A stretch of 64,000 nucleotides of DNA from Candidatus Levyibacteriota bacterium (GTDB taxonomy: Bacteria > Patescibacteriota > Microgenomatia > Levybacterales > UBA12049). Each line of letters starts with the position of its first letter. Positions within the stretch are counted from its first letter, which is position 1. Positions 47,971-58,031 of the stretch are shown here, in pieces. The stretch covers positions 38,676 to 102,675 of the forward strand of contig JACQHJ010000003.1 of assembly GCA_016199085.1 (NCBI GenBank). Direction: 5' to 3'. The notes beneath the pieces were generated by a model, which searched no databases, had not been told where the DNA came from, and saw only the letters and a list, made by a program, of their open reading frames with translations. A program made the translations under genes and the position numbers.

Positions 47971-49014
47971 ATGTTCACTCTTAGTGATGCTTCCAAAGAG
48001 GTTAAGGGAATTTTGAAATGGGGACTTGTAATAATCATTCTAATTAGCCTTGCTTTTGCAATTTTTAGGATAGGACTTATCGTAAAAGAAATGCTCTATC
48101 CGACTCCGCCGCCGCCGCCAACGGTTTTATTCAGTAAGCTTTCGCAAATTGTTTTTCCTTCCAATGCAACAGTGGAAAAACTTGAGTTTAAAATAAAGAC
48201 TATTTCCGGATCCCTTCCCCAAACTGAGTCGCAGATAAGCGTATATAAGATATTTACCCCAAAACCCGATCTTTTGGCCCTGGATAGAATAAAACAAACA
48301 GCCAAGAAAGGTAAATTTGATAACGGACCATATAAAGTCTCCGAAACTGTTTTTGATTTTTCCACAAACGAAGATATCGTAAAAACGATAAGAATTAACA
48401 CTGAAGATTTCAATTTCCAGGTAACGAGTAATTACCTACAAAACGAAGATGCAGTATCAGGAAGAAACATTCCCGATGAGAAAAAGGCAATTGAAATGGC
48501 CAAAGACTATTTTTCTAATCTTGGCTACGGCTCAGGAGATCTGGATTTTGAAAACCCGTTGGTAAATATGCTAAGTATTGAAAACGGTAGGTTTGTAAAA
48601 GCAACAAGTCTTTCCAATACAAAACTTGTCCAAGTTAACTTTTATAAACAAAATATTGACGACCTTCCCGTCTATAACGAAAGACCGACCGAATCAAACG
48701 TCAATGTTATTATAGCTGGAGGCAATTCTGCCCAGATTGTTGCAGCAATCTTTATTAACCCTGATCTTTCAGAAGAGTCTTCCACTTATCCTCTAAAAAC
48801 AGTCGGACAGGCTTTTGAAGAGCTAAAAAACGGCAAAGCCTATATCGCGTCATATTTCGGAGAAAAACCTGAGGTTTCCATAACTGATGCTTATCTCGCT
48901 TACTATTTGGGGAGGAATGAAAAAAACTATGTAATGCCGGTCATTGTCTTTGTTGGAGACGACGGGTTTTATGCTTATGTCTCAGCGGTTAGGGATGAAT
49001 GGATAGGAAACTGA
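47971..49014 (+). CDS. Membrane-anchored hypothetical protein
   Basis: N-terminal TM, poly-Pro, YPLK..A..EL..G, Y..PV.VF.G. Confidence 0.7.
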   Translation: MFTLSDASKEVKGILKWGLVIIILISLAFAIFRIGLIVKEMLYPTPPPPPTVLFSKLSQIVFPSNATVEKLEFKIKTISGSLPQTESQISVYKIFTPKPDLLALDRIKQTAKKGKFDNGPYKVSETVFDFSTNEDIVKTIRINTEDFNFQVTSNYLQNEDAVSGRNIPDEKKAIEMAKDYFSNLGYGSGDLDFENPLVNMLSIENGRFVKATSLSNTKLVQVNFYKQNIDDLPVYNERPTESNVNVIIAGGNSAQIVAAIFINPDLSEESSTYPLKTVGQAFEELKNGKAYIASYFGEKPEVSITDAYLAYYLGRNEKNYVMPVIVFVGDDGFYAYVSAVRDEWIGN

Positions 49015-49921
49015 GATTGTTGTGGACGAGGTCTAATAGTTTTTGCGTATCCTCAAATCTATTCTCGCTTCCCATAACTACAATGATAAGAGTTTTCCCC
49101 TGTTCAATTTTTGAAGTTACTAAAACTTCCCCAGCTTCCTGGGTATAGCCTGTTTTTACTCCGTTTACGCCCTCAACACCTAGAAGTTTATTTAAATTCT
49201 CTACTCTATAGACAAAGGTACCGGTCGTATCCGTTATTATTTTCTCTTTGGTTGAAACAACAGTTGCAATTAATTTGTTTTGTATCGCAAACGAAGCAAG
49301 CCTTGCAAGATCAAATGGCGTCGTATAGTTTTGGGCATCCAATAGTCCCGCACTATCGCCGTAGTGTGTATTCAAAAGCTCTAAGTCTTTGGCTTTTTGG
49401 TTCATCTGTTCTACAAAGCTCCCATTTCCGTCTTTGTAGTTTTGGGAGATTGTAAAGGCAGCGTCATTGGCAGAGGGTAAAAGCATTGCGTATAAAAGGT
49501 TTTCCAGAGTTATTCTCTCGTTTTGGACAAGACCTAGTATCGACCCTTCCCTGCTTGCAATTCTAACTGTAAGTATATCTTCCGGCTTAAAATGATCAAG
49601 GGCTGTTAAAGCCGTCATAAGCTTGGTCGTTGAGGCTGGAGAAAACCTTAAATCAGGGTTTTTAGAAAAAAGGACGACTTTTGAATCAGCATCCATGATT
49701 ATTGCCCCTGTTGCAGAAATTTTAGGGACAAATTCAGTTTTTATAACAGGGTATTTAAAGCTTGTATTTGTATTAATAGGAGAGGTAAAGGTAACGTTTT
49801 TCTCTATCCAGATTTTAAGCAGTAAGTTTGCAATAAAAAGGATTAAAAAACCTGCAAACAAAAGGGCGGGCAGGATAAAATATATGTATTTAAACTTACT
49901 GTTTTGCAGAAAACTTTTCAT
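48989..49921 (-). CDS. D-alanyl-D-alanine carboxypeptidase (peptidase S11)
   Basis: PASTTK (SxxK), SAN, KTG. Confidence 0.92.
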   Translation of the reverse strand: MKSFLQNSKFKYIYFILPALLFAGFLILFIANLLLKIWIEKNVTFTSPINTNTSFKYPVIKTEFVPKISATGAIIMDADSKVVLFSKNPDLRFSPASTTKLMTALTALDHFKPEDILTVRIASREGSILGLVQNERITLENLLYAMLLPSANDAAFTISQNYKDGNGSFVEQMNQKAKDLELLNTHYGDSAGLLDAQNYTTPFDLARLASFAIQNKLIATVVSTKEKIITDTTGTFVYRVENLNKLLGVEGVNGVKTGYTQEAGEVLVTSKIEQGKTLIIVVMGSENRFEDTQKLLDLVHNNLSFLSIHP

Positions 49922-51245
49922 CAACTCTTTCCATATCGCGTGGGAAAATACTAGCTTCTCTGACATTTGAAAGTGATAATATCTGCATAGTCATTCTCTC
50001 CGCTCCGAAAGCAAAACCTCCTTCAGGAGGAACTCCAAACCTAAATGCTTCTAGAAACATGGAGATTTTGGCTGGGTCCATTTTCCAGAGCTTAACGTGT
50101 TCCATAAGCTGGTTGTAATCATTGATTCTTCTTCCGCCCGACAGCCATTCAAGGCCGCGGCAGAGTAAATCCATTCCTTCGTTAAACTCCGGGTTTTTGG
50201 GGTTTGGATAGACATAGAAAGGTTTGTTTCTTGTATGATAGCCGTAGATAAAGACAAAATCCGAGCCTGATTCCTCTTTTATAATTTCGCAAATCTCCCT
50301 TTCATCTTCAGGATTTAAGTCTTTTTGGCCCCTGACGTCTCTTTTGAAATGTTTAAATATCTTTTCCTGAGCTTGACTGAGGCTAATTGAGGGTGTTTTG
50401 TCAATCATTACAGGAAGAGTTGTCTTAAAAAGACTAAGCTCCTTTTTACATTTCTTTTCTACTCTTTCTAAAATAAACCTAACCGTATTTTCAGCCATGT
50501 CCCGAACATCCTCCCAGGAGTCTATAAAAGCCATTTCAGCGTCCAATGACACTACTTCGGCCAAATGCCTTGTCGTAACGGATGGTTCTGCCCTAAAGAT
50601 CTTATTGACGCTAAAAACCCTTTCGAATGCAGACATGACTATTTGCTTATAAAGCTGCGGGCTCTGTGTTAGATAGGCTTTGTGGTCAAAGTAACTTACC
50701 TCAAATACCTCAGCTCCACCCTCAGCAACTGCCGGAGCAATGCTTGGTGCCTGGAATTCCATAAAACCCTCTCCTTTTAGGTATTCCCTAAATGCATCGA
50801 TAATAACAGCCTGGACTTTAAAAATAGCCTGGATCTTGGGGTGTCTTAGCGTCAAGGCTCTATGATCCAAAAGTGTTGGAAGTTCAAGGTTAAGCTCGTC
50901 TGAGCCCATATCAAAAGGGAGAGTATCAGCCTTGGCTATGACCTTAATATCTGTTGCCTCAAGTTCGACATTTCCGCTCTCAAGGTTGGTATTGGCAGCT
51001 TTACCCGGCCTCTCATTGACTTTACCCTCAATCTCAACCACATATTCAGGTTTTAACTTCTGGGCGGCCTTATACGAAGCCTCTGAAACTGTAGGATTAA
51101 CCACAACCTGAATTATTCCGCTTCTGTCTCTTACATCTAAGAAAATGAGCTTGCCGTGGTCTCTTCTGATCCTTACCCAGCCTGCAATTTTAATTGTTTT
51201 ACCTATGTGTTTATTTGCTTCTGAGGCTAAAACCCTTTGTTTCAT
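49896..51245 (-). CDS. aspS: Aspartate--tRNA(Asp/Asn) ligase, archaeal-type short form
   Basis: OB fold IAGWV..RDHG, LTQSPQLYKQ, FRAE, PPEGGFAFGAER, FPRD. Confidence 0.92.
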   Translation of the reverse strand: MKQRVLASEANKHIGKTIKIAGWVRIRRDHGKLIFLDVRDRSGIIQVVVNPTVSEASYKAAQKLKPEYVVEIEGKVNERPGKAANTNLESGNVELEATDIKVIAKADTLPFDMGSDELNLELPTLLDHRALTLRHPKIQAIFKVQAVIIDAFREYLKGEGFMEFQAPSIAPAVAEGGAEVFEVSYFDHKAYLTQSPQLYKQIVMSAFERVFSVNKIFRAEPSVTTRHLAEVVSLDAEMAFIDSWEDVRDMAENTVRFILERVEKKCKKELSLFKTTLPVMIDKTPSISLSQAQEKIFKHFKRDVRGQKDLNPEDEREICEIIKEESGSDFVFIYGYHTRNKPFYVYPNPKNPEFNEGMDLLCRGLEWLSGGRRINDYNQLMEHVKLWKMDPAKISMFLEAFRFGVPPEGGFAFGAERMTMQILSLSNVREASIFPRDMERVDEKFSAKQ

Positions 51246-51314
51246 AACCTCTAAATGATACCACTTGACTGGTATCCTTGACAAGCTGTAGAGCTAGTGA
51301 TATGATCTGATATT

Positions 51315-51921
51315 GTGAGTATTAATTTGAGACAACTTTCCAAGAGATTTAATATTATGTAACTTCCAAATGGAAGCCATTTTGTTGCGCTTCCAAAAAG
51401 GAAGTTTTTTAATGTCAAAAATATGAATATATACGAAGGGTCAACATTTACGCCGGAAGATCAAGCACCAGGTGATAAAGAACCAGGTTCTGCAGTTATG
51501 GCAAAATTAAAAAAAAACTTATAGAAAAGCTTTGAGAGGACTCGGGGTAGATAAGGCTGATGTTGCGAGATTACTTAGAGTAATGGGAGACCCAGAAGCT
51601 AGAGCCAGAAGAGCTGCCGAAGAGGGCACAATTGAGATGGATGAAGTATTCGAGCCGGGAAGAGCACAAGATTATGTTTTCAGCTTTGTTAATGAAGACG
51701 GTGGCAATCAACGCACCGTTCCTGCAAGCCGAACGCTTCTTATGGGAATAGAAGATTTGAGAGAAGTTGGAAGATGCGGAACCCGCGTTGCAAGAAAAGT
51801 ACAGCAAGGTTCAGGCATCGTATATGACGCAGTACATGAAGCAACTCAGGCTGCAAAAAGTTTGGCAGAAATAAGGGTAGCTGGTGGTGGAAACGGCGCG
51901 AAAGTTTTACCACGCAAATAA
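51315..51921 (+). pseudogene. Interrupted hypothetical gene
   Basis: Frame from GTG 51315 has an in-frame TAA near 51360 and a frameshift in an A9 run near 51509, then joins ORF 51532-51921. Confidence 0.45.
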
Positions 51922-51923
51922 AA

Positions 51924-53561
51924 CTATAATTTCCTTATATCTTTCACTTTTAACTGTAATCTTTTATTCCCATTCCACTCGTTTTCCTCAAGAGTATAGA
52001 CCACGTCAACAACGTCTTTAATTTTAAAGGAGTTTAATTCACCCATTCCAAATGCAATAGCATCAAGCCAAAAGCTGGAATATTTAGGTTTTAAGCCAAG
52101 TTTAAGATGTTTTCCGTCTTTTCCGATTATCCTTAAGCTTTCAACGGTAAGATTTCTAGTAACAAAGGTGGGCTCTGGGTTTGCCATGCCAAACGGTTTA
52201 AACTTACAAACCAATTCATAAGTTTTAAAGTTAATAAGCTCACTGGGTAATTCCAGATCAATATTTAATACTCTTTCCAGAGTTTTCTTTTTTAGAAGCT
52301 TTGCCGCGAGTTTATAAAGTTTTTGTTCTAAAAGATCTAGGTTCTTTGTTTCCACCGTAAATCCTGCAGCCATAGGATGTCCGCCGACATCAACCAAAAG
52401 GTCTGATGCTTCTCTTAAAAACTCAATGATATTAAATCCCTTGACCGATCTAACAGAAGCCTTGCTGTAAACTTTTCCTTTTGAGATAACAATTGAAGGA
52501 AGATAAAACTCCTCAACCAGTCTTCCGGCAACCAAACCGATTATCCCCTCCCTATAAGACTCATCCGCAATAAACAAAAGGTTATTGATAATTTTTGTCT
52601 TTGCCATATCTTTTGCATGAATTAACGCTTCTGTCGTAAATCTTTGTCTTTCAAAATTGGTGTCAGATAACGCTTTTGCCAAAATATCAGCTCTTTGACG
52701 ATCTTTTGTACAAAGAAGCCTTAATGAATCCATTGCGCTTGAGAGTCTTCCCATGGCATTTAAACGTGGAGCAATAATATGCCCAATCTCGTAAACATCA
52801 ATTGACCCACTCTCTATTACCGCACTTCTAAAAAGAGACAAAAGACCTATGCGTTTTGTTTTTCTTAAAGCCTCTAGGCCAAAATAGACAAAGATCCTGT
52901 TAGCATAAGTTAAGGGCACTAAGTCCGCAATTGTTGCCAAAACTACAAGTTCCAAATGATTATCCTCTTTTTCTTTTTTAAGTTGTTTGGACAAAAGATA
53001 GGCAACGCCGGCTCCGCATAAAAGAGTCGTATGGACAATTGAATACGCATTTGGATTTTTTTTAGATGGAACATGGTGATCGGTGATAATAACGTCTATT
53101 CCCAATTTAACCGCATATTCAACTGCGTCATTTGCAACAATACCGTTATCAACGGTTATGATTAGATCAATCTCGGGAATAGTTTTTAGTAAATTATCAA
53201 TTCCTTTTACCGAAAGCCCATATCCTTCTTCAAATCTACTTGGTATATAGGGAAGAACTTTTGCGCCGATATCATTTAAGGTTTCCCAGAGAATGGCGGT
53301 CCCACAAATTCCGTCTACGTCATAGTCTCCAAAAACAATTATTTGTTTTTTCTTGCTAACTGCCCTTTTTATTCTCTCGGTTGCCTTTTTAAGCTGCCTT
53401 TTATCAATCCCCACGCTTTCTATTGTCACTTCAGATAATTTCGGAGACAAAAATTTTTGCTTTTGAATCTTTGTTTTTAATCCTCTGTTTTCCAAAAGAA
53501 TGTCTAAAAGTTTTTCTTCTGATAAATCTTTTTTACTATTTATTATGTTCCATTTCTTCAT
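51924..53561 (-). CDS. recJ: ssDNA exonuclease RecJ
   Basis: GDYDVDG, TVDNG, TDHH, PRLNAMGR, GGHPMAAG. Confidence 0.97.
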   Translation of the reverse strand: MKKWNIINSKKDLSEEKLLDILLENRGLKTKIQKQKFLSPKLSEVTIESVGIDKRQLKKATERIKRAVSKKKQIIVFGDYDVDGICGTAILWETLNDIGAKVLPYIPSRFEEGYGLSVKGIDNLLKTIPEIDLIITVDNGIVANDAVEYAVKLGIDVIITDHHVPSKKNPNAYSIVHTTLLCGAGVAYLLSKQLKKEKEDNHLELVVLATIADLVPLTYANRIFVYFGLEALRKTKRIGLLSLFRSAVIESGSIDVYEIGHIIAPRLNAMGRLSSAMDSLRLLCTKDRQRADILAKALSDTNFERQRFTTEALIHAKDMAKTKIINNLLFIADESYREGIIGLVAGRLVEEFYLPSIVISKGKVYSKASVRSVKGFNIIEFLREASDLLVDVGGHPMAAGFTVETKNLDLLEQKLYKLAAKLLKKKTLERVLNIDLELPSELINFKTYELVCKFKPFGMANPEPTFVTRNLTVESLRIIGKDGKHLKLGLKPKYSSFWLDAIAFGMGELNSFKIKDVVDVVYTLEENEWNGNKRLQLKVKDIRKL

Positions 53562-53610
53562 AAATGCTTTTTTAAAGATTTCTTTGCTATACTATACCAA
53601 GAGAAGGATT

Positions 53611-54966
53611 ATGATTCCAGATGAAGTTTTAAAGATATATAAAAAACTCCAAGAGGCAGGGTTTGAAGTTTTTTTTGTCGGTGGAAGTGTTAGAAATCTT
53701 CTTTTAAAACGTCTGGTTAAAGACTGGGATCTAACCACAAACGCAACGCCCCAGGAAATTCTCAAAGTATTCCCCAAGGGTTTTTATGACAACGAGTTTG
53801 GAACCGTTGGCGTTCCCTACCAGATAGGAAAAGAGAGAAAAGTTGCCGAAGTAACGACATTTCGAACCGAAAAAAGTACAAGCCCGACGCATAAACCAGA
53901 CAGGGTTTTGTGGGGAAAGACAATTGAAGAAGATTTGGCAAGAAGGGATTTTACTATTAACGCCATTGCCCTTTCCCTGGTTGGTAAATCAAATTCTTTT
54001 GAAATGATTGATCCGTATAACGGAGAGTCAGATTTAAAGACAAAGACTATAAAGGCGGTCGGAGTTGCTAGCCAAAGATTTAAGGAAGACGCATTAAGAT
54101 TAATGCGGGCAATAAGAATTGCAACCGAGCTAGAATTTAAAATTGAGAAAAAAACCTTTGAACAGCTTGTTAAAGACGCTCACCTTTTAGAACATATTTC
54201 CAAAGAAAGAGTCCAAATTGAACTTTTAAGAATATTATCTTCTGATAATGGCTACGGCGGAGTAATACTTTTATACAAAAGCGGACTTTTAAAACACATA
54301 ATTCCTGAACTATTAGAAGGAGTCGGAGTTTCCCAGGCAAGACCCGGAAGACATCACAAAGACGATGTGTTTACGCATAACCTTTTGTCACTTAAGTTTT
54401 GCCCTTCCAAAGATCCGATCGTTAAATTTGCGGCATTAATCCATGACATCGGAAAACCAAAGGTAATGGGAAAAGATGAGAAAGGACTTGTTATTTTCCA
54501 TAACCACGAAGTGGAAGGCGCAAAAATTGCAGAAAAGATTTGTGAAAGACTTAAGTTTTCCAAAAAGGACAAAGAAAAAGTAGTAACATTAATCCGCTAT
54601 CATATGTTTTCGGTTAATGAAAACATTACCGATTCTGCTGTCAGAAGATTTATTCGAAAAATTGGTGTTGAAAATGTAAAAGATATGATGGATTTAAGAG
54701 TTGGAGACAGACTTGGCGGAGGAACTCAAACTGCACAAAGCTGGAGACTTAAACTCTTTAAAGAAAAGATAGGGAGTCAACTTAAACCCGGTCCTTTTTC
54801 AATTAATGACCTAAAAGTTGATGGAAATGATATAATGAAATTACTACAGATAAAACCAGGTCCCAAAGTTGGGGACATATTAAAGAAATTATTTGAAGAG
54901 GTAGACCAAGATTTATCAAAAAATAATAGAGAGTATCTCCTCGGCCGCATAAAGGATCTCGCCTAA
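53611..54966 (+). CDS. cca: CCA-adding tRNA nucleotidyltransferase with HD domain
   Basis: VGGSVR, DWD, DLARRDFTINA, EDALR, HDIGK. Confidence 0.9.
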   Translation: MIPDEVLKIYKKLQEAGFEVFFVGGSVRNLLLKRLVKDWDLTTNATPQEILKVFPKGFYDNEFGTVGVPYQIGKERKVAEVTTFRTEKSTSPTHKPDRVLWGKTIEEDLARRDFTINAIALSLVGKSNSFEMIDPYNGESDLKTKTIKAVGVASQRFKEDALRLMRAIRIATELEFKIEKKTFEQLVKDAHLLEHISKERVQIELLRILSSDNGYGGVILLYKSGLLKHIIPELLEGVGVSQARPGRHHKDDVFTHNLLSLKFCPSKDPIVKFAALIHDIGKPKVMGKDEKGLVIFHNHEVEGAKIAEKICERLKFSKKDKEKVVTLIRYHMFSVNENITDSAVRRFIRKIGVENVKDMMDLRVGDRLGGGTQTAQSWRLKLFKEKIGSQLKPGPFSINDLKVDGNDIMKLLQIKPGPKVGDILKKLFEEVDQDLSKNNREYLLGRIKDLA

Positions 54967-54981
54967 TCTGTTTCGTATTAT

Positions 54982-55899
54982 ATGTCTCAAAAAGTACTTG
55001 AGGTAAAAAACCTTACTAAAAAATTTGGCAAATTTACTGCCGTTAACAATATCTCTTTCGAAATCAGAGAGGGAGAGATATTGGGTTTGCTTGGTCCGAA
55101 CGGAGCAGGCAAAACCACAACAATTCATATGCTTTTGGATGTTATGGATCCAACAAGCGGAACTATTTCCTATTTTGGAAAAAATCTAAAGGAGAAAAGA
55201 AGTGAAATATTAAAGCAGGTTAATTTTTCATCGGCCTACATTTCCCTTCCCTGGCTTTTTACGGTTGAAGAGGTCTTGCGAGTCTATGCAAACCTTTATG
55301 AAGTTCCACATAAGGAATACAGAATAAAAAGGCTTTTATCTGAATTTGAAATAGAGCACTTGAGAAAAAAAACTATTCATATGCTATCAGCCGGAGAAAT
55401 GGCAAGGCTGCTTCTTACAAAAGCGTTTATAAATTACCCAAGAATTATTCTTTTGGACGAACCGACTGCATCCTTAGATCCGGATATTGCAGTAAAAATA
55501 AGAGAATTTTTAAGAAGACAGCAGAAAGAATATAAAGTAAGCATGCTTTTTACCTCACACAACATGGCAGAGGTTGAAGAGATGTGTGACAACATTGTCT
55601 TTTTAAATAACGGCAAGATTATTGCCAAAGACAAACCCGAGAATTTGTCAAAACAGATTCCGGAATCCGAAGTTGAGTTTATTACAAAACACATAGAAGA
55701 AACCAAAAAGTTTTTAAATTCTCAACAGATTTCTTTTGTACAAAACAGAAATACTTTTAGGATAAACATTAAAACCAAAGAGATTTCAAGATTTCTAACG
55801 CTTATGGCAAGCCAAAATTTGGAATATGAAGATATAAGTATTAATAAACCAAACTTGGAAGATTATTTTCTTAAAATGTCTGAGAGGAGAAATCTATGA
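54982..55899 (+). CDS. ABC transporter ATP-binding protein
   Basis: GPNGAGKT, LSAG, LLDEPT. Confidence 0.95.
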   Translation: MSQKVLEVKNLTKKFGKFTAVNNISFEIREGEILGLLGPNGAGKTTTIHMLLDVMDPTSGTISYFGKNLKEKRSEILKQVNFSSAYISLPWLFTVEEVLRVYANLYEVPHKEYRIKRLLSEFEIEHLRKKTIHMLSAGEMARLLLTKAFINYPRIILLDEPTASLDPDIAVKIREFLRRQQKEYKVSMLFTSHNMAEVEEMCDNIVFLNNGKIIAKDKPENLSKQIPESEVEFITKHIEETKKFLNSQQISFVQNRNTFRINIKTKEISRFLTLMASQNLEYEDISINKPNLEDYFLKMSERRNL

Positions 55900-56681
55900 A
55901 CATTAATAGAATAATGGCAATGGTTCAAAGATATTTTTATAATGTCAAACACAGTTACGACAGATTAACTGATATGTTTTACTGGCCAATGATGGATTTA
56001 TTAATCTGGGGACTAACTGGACTTTATTTTGCAAAACTTGGCGGAGATTCCCAGCATGCGACAACTGTGCTTTTAACAGGAATAATATTTTGGATTGTTA
56101 CCTGGAGAGCTCAATATGAGATAACAACCAATTTACTTTCTGAAATGTGGGACAGAAACCTTGTTAATATTTTTGCCTCTCCTTTGACTGTCTATGAATG
56201 GATCTCTGCTGTCACAATCTTTGGAGGATTAAAAATGATCATTAGCCTTTTGTTTTCAGCAGGCGTTGCATTTTTACTTTACCAATATGCATTTTTGCAG
56301 TTTGGCTTATGGCTTTTCCCAATTGTCGTAAGCCTTGTAATAACAGGCTGGGCTGCGGGATTCGTAGTTGCGGCAATTATCATCAGATTTGGAATGAAAG
56401 TCCAGACCATTGCCTGGGCAGGAGCATATTTAATAGCTCCTTTTTCAGCACTTTACTACCCTATCTCGGTACTTCCCGACTGGGCACAAAAAGTAGCGCT
56501 AATTTTTCCGTCAAGCTATATTTTTGAAGCAATGAGACAGCATATTTTTACAAACACAATCTCTGTTGACAAAATTGTGATAAGTTTTGCAATTAATCTT
56601 GTATTTCTGGTATTATCAATTTGCCTATTTGTCCTTAGCTTTAATAAAAGCAAACAAATGGGACTGGGAAGACTTATTTAA
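55896..56681 (+). CDS. ABC-2 transporter permease
   Basis: Six TMs; YYPISVLPDW. Confidence 0.9.
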   Translation: MNINRIMAMVQRYFYNVKHSYDRLTDMFYWPMMDLLIWGLTGLYFAKLGGDSQHATTVLLTGIIFWIVTWRAQYEITTNLLSEMWDRNLVNIFASPLTVYEWISAVTIFGGLKMIISLLFSAGVAFLLYQYAFLQFGLWLFPIVVSLVITGWAAGFVVAAIIIRFGMKVQTIAWAGAYLIAPFSALYYPISVLPDWAQKVALIFPSSYIFEAMRQHIFTNTISVDKIVISFAINLVFLVLSICLFVLSFNKSKQMGLGRLI

Positions 56682-56684
56682 CTT

Positions 56685-57137
56685 ATGGATAAAGCAAAAC
56701 TACAGGAAGAACTTAAAAACTCAATGCTTTCTAAAAACGAGCTTAAGACCTCAGTCTTAAGAATGCTTCTTTCTGCAATTAATTATTATGAAATCCAAAA
56801 AGGCGGAGCAGGATATAGCGCAACCGAAGAAGACGTTGCCTCAGTCATCGGATCCCAGGCAAAACAAAGAAGAGATTCTATTGAGGAATATACCAAAGCA
56901 AACCGCCCCGAGCTTGCGGGAAAAGAACAAATGGAGCTTGAGATCTTACAAACCTATATGCCTAAGCAAATGAGTAAAGAGGAAGTTAAAAAACTAGTTG
57001 TTGAGGCAATCTCCCAGACAGGTGCCTCAACAATCCAAGACATGGGAAAAGTTATGGGAGCATTAATGCCTAAGGTTAAAGGGAAAGCTGATGGAGGAAT
57101 GGTTAGTAATCTTGTAAAACAAGCGCTTACTTCTTAA
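56685..57137 (+). CDS. GatB/YqeY domain protein
   Basis: KQRRDSI, YMPKQMS, DMGKVMG, GKADG. Confidence 0.93.
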   Translation: MDKAKLQEELKNSMLSKNELKTSVLRMLLSAINYYEIQKGGAGYSATEEDVASVIGSQAKQRRDSIEEYTKANRPELAGKEQMELEILQTYMPKQMSKEEVKKLVVEAISQTGASTIQDMGKVMGALMPKVKGKADGGMVSNLVKQALTS

Positions 57138-58029
57138 ATCTTCTATTTATCAAATCCTGCCAGACAACTAGAATCGGAGCCGCATTAAAGATTGATGAAT
57201 AAGTACCGCTAATTATTCCTATTAAAAGGGCAACTACAAACCATCTGATTGTTTCTCCTCCGAAAAGCAAAAGTGCAAATAACACCAAAACTACTGTTAA
57301 AGACGTATTAAATGACCTGTCCAAGGTCTGCAGTATGGAATCATTAACTGTTTGTTCAAAATCTTGCCCTCCGACTTTTTTAAGGTTTTCTCTAATCCTG
57401 TCAAAAACAACAATTGTATCATGGACGGAAAAACCGATAACGGTAAGTACCGCTGTTACAAATAAGCTGTCAATTTCAACACCAAAGATTTGACCAAGTA
57501 TTGAAAAAAACCCTATCAAAACCAGTACATCATGAATTAAAGCAACAATTGCCGCAATTCCAAACCTAAAGCTACTTGTCGGCTTTGGAACTTTCCTAAA
57601 AGACCAGGTGATATATAAAACTATTAAGAAAGATGCTATAACAAGTCCTTTTAAGGCATTAAGGGTTGTTTCTCCTCCGATTGTTGGACCTACCGTTTCA
57701 TATTGAGATTGCTTAAACTCTCCTATCCTTGCCTTAAGATCTGATATTAAAAACTCGTCCTCAGATTGACTTATAGGCCTTGTTCTTACAAAGACGTCTT
57801 TTTGGGCTCTTTCAAGCGTTGCCACTTTTATTTTCTTCTCGGCAAAAGTGTCTTCAATACCTTTTATCTGTTGATCTGTTATAGGCTTTTCAAAAGTTAA
57901 GGTAAGCCTTGATCCTCCTGTGAATTCAATTGATAAATTTAAACCGTAAAGATACAAAGAAATTAGACCCGGAATGATAATTATTGTCGAAATTATAAAA
58001 TACCAATATTTTTTACCTATTATATTCAT
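57127..58029 (-). CDS. secF: Protein translocase subunit SecF
   Basis: IEFTGG, VGPTIG, HDTIVVFDRIREN, GTYSSIF. Confidence 0.97.
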   Translation of the reverse strand: MNIIGKKYWYFIISTIIIIPGLISLYLYGLNLSIEFTGGSRLTLTFEKPITDQQIKGIEDTFAEKKIKVATLERAQKDVFVRTRPISQSEDEFLISDLKARIGEFKQSQYETVGPTIGGETTLNALKGLVIASFLIVLYITWSFRKVPKPTSSFRFGIAAIVALIHDVLVLIGFFSILGQIFGVEIDSLFVTAVLTVIGFSVHDTIVVFDRIRENLKKVGGQDFEQTVNDSILQTLDRSFNTSLTVVLVLFALLLFGGETIRWFVVALLIGIISGTYSSIFNAAPILVVWQDLINRRFKK

Positions 58030-58031
58030 AT

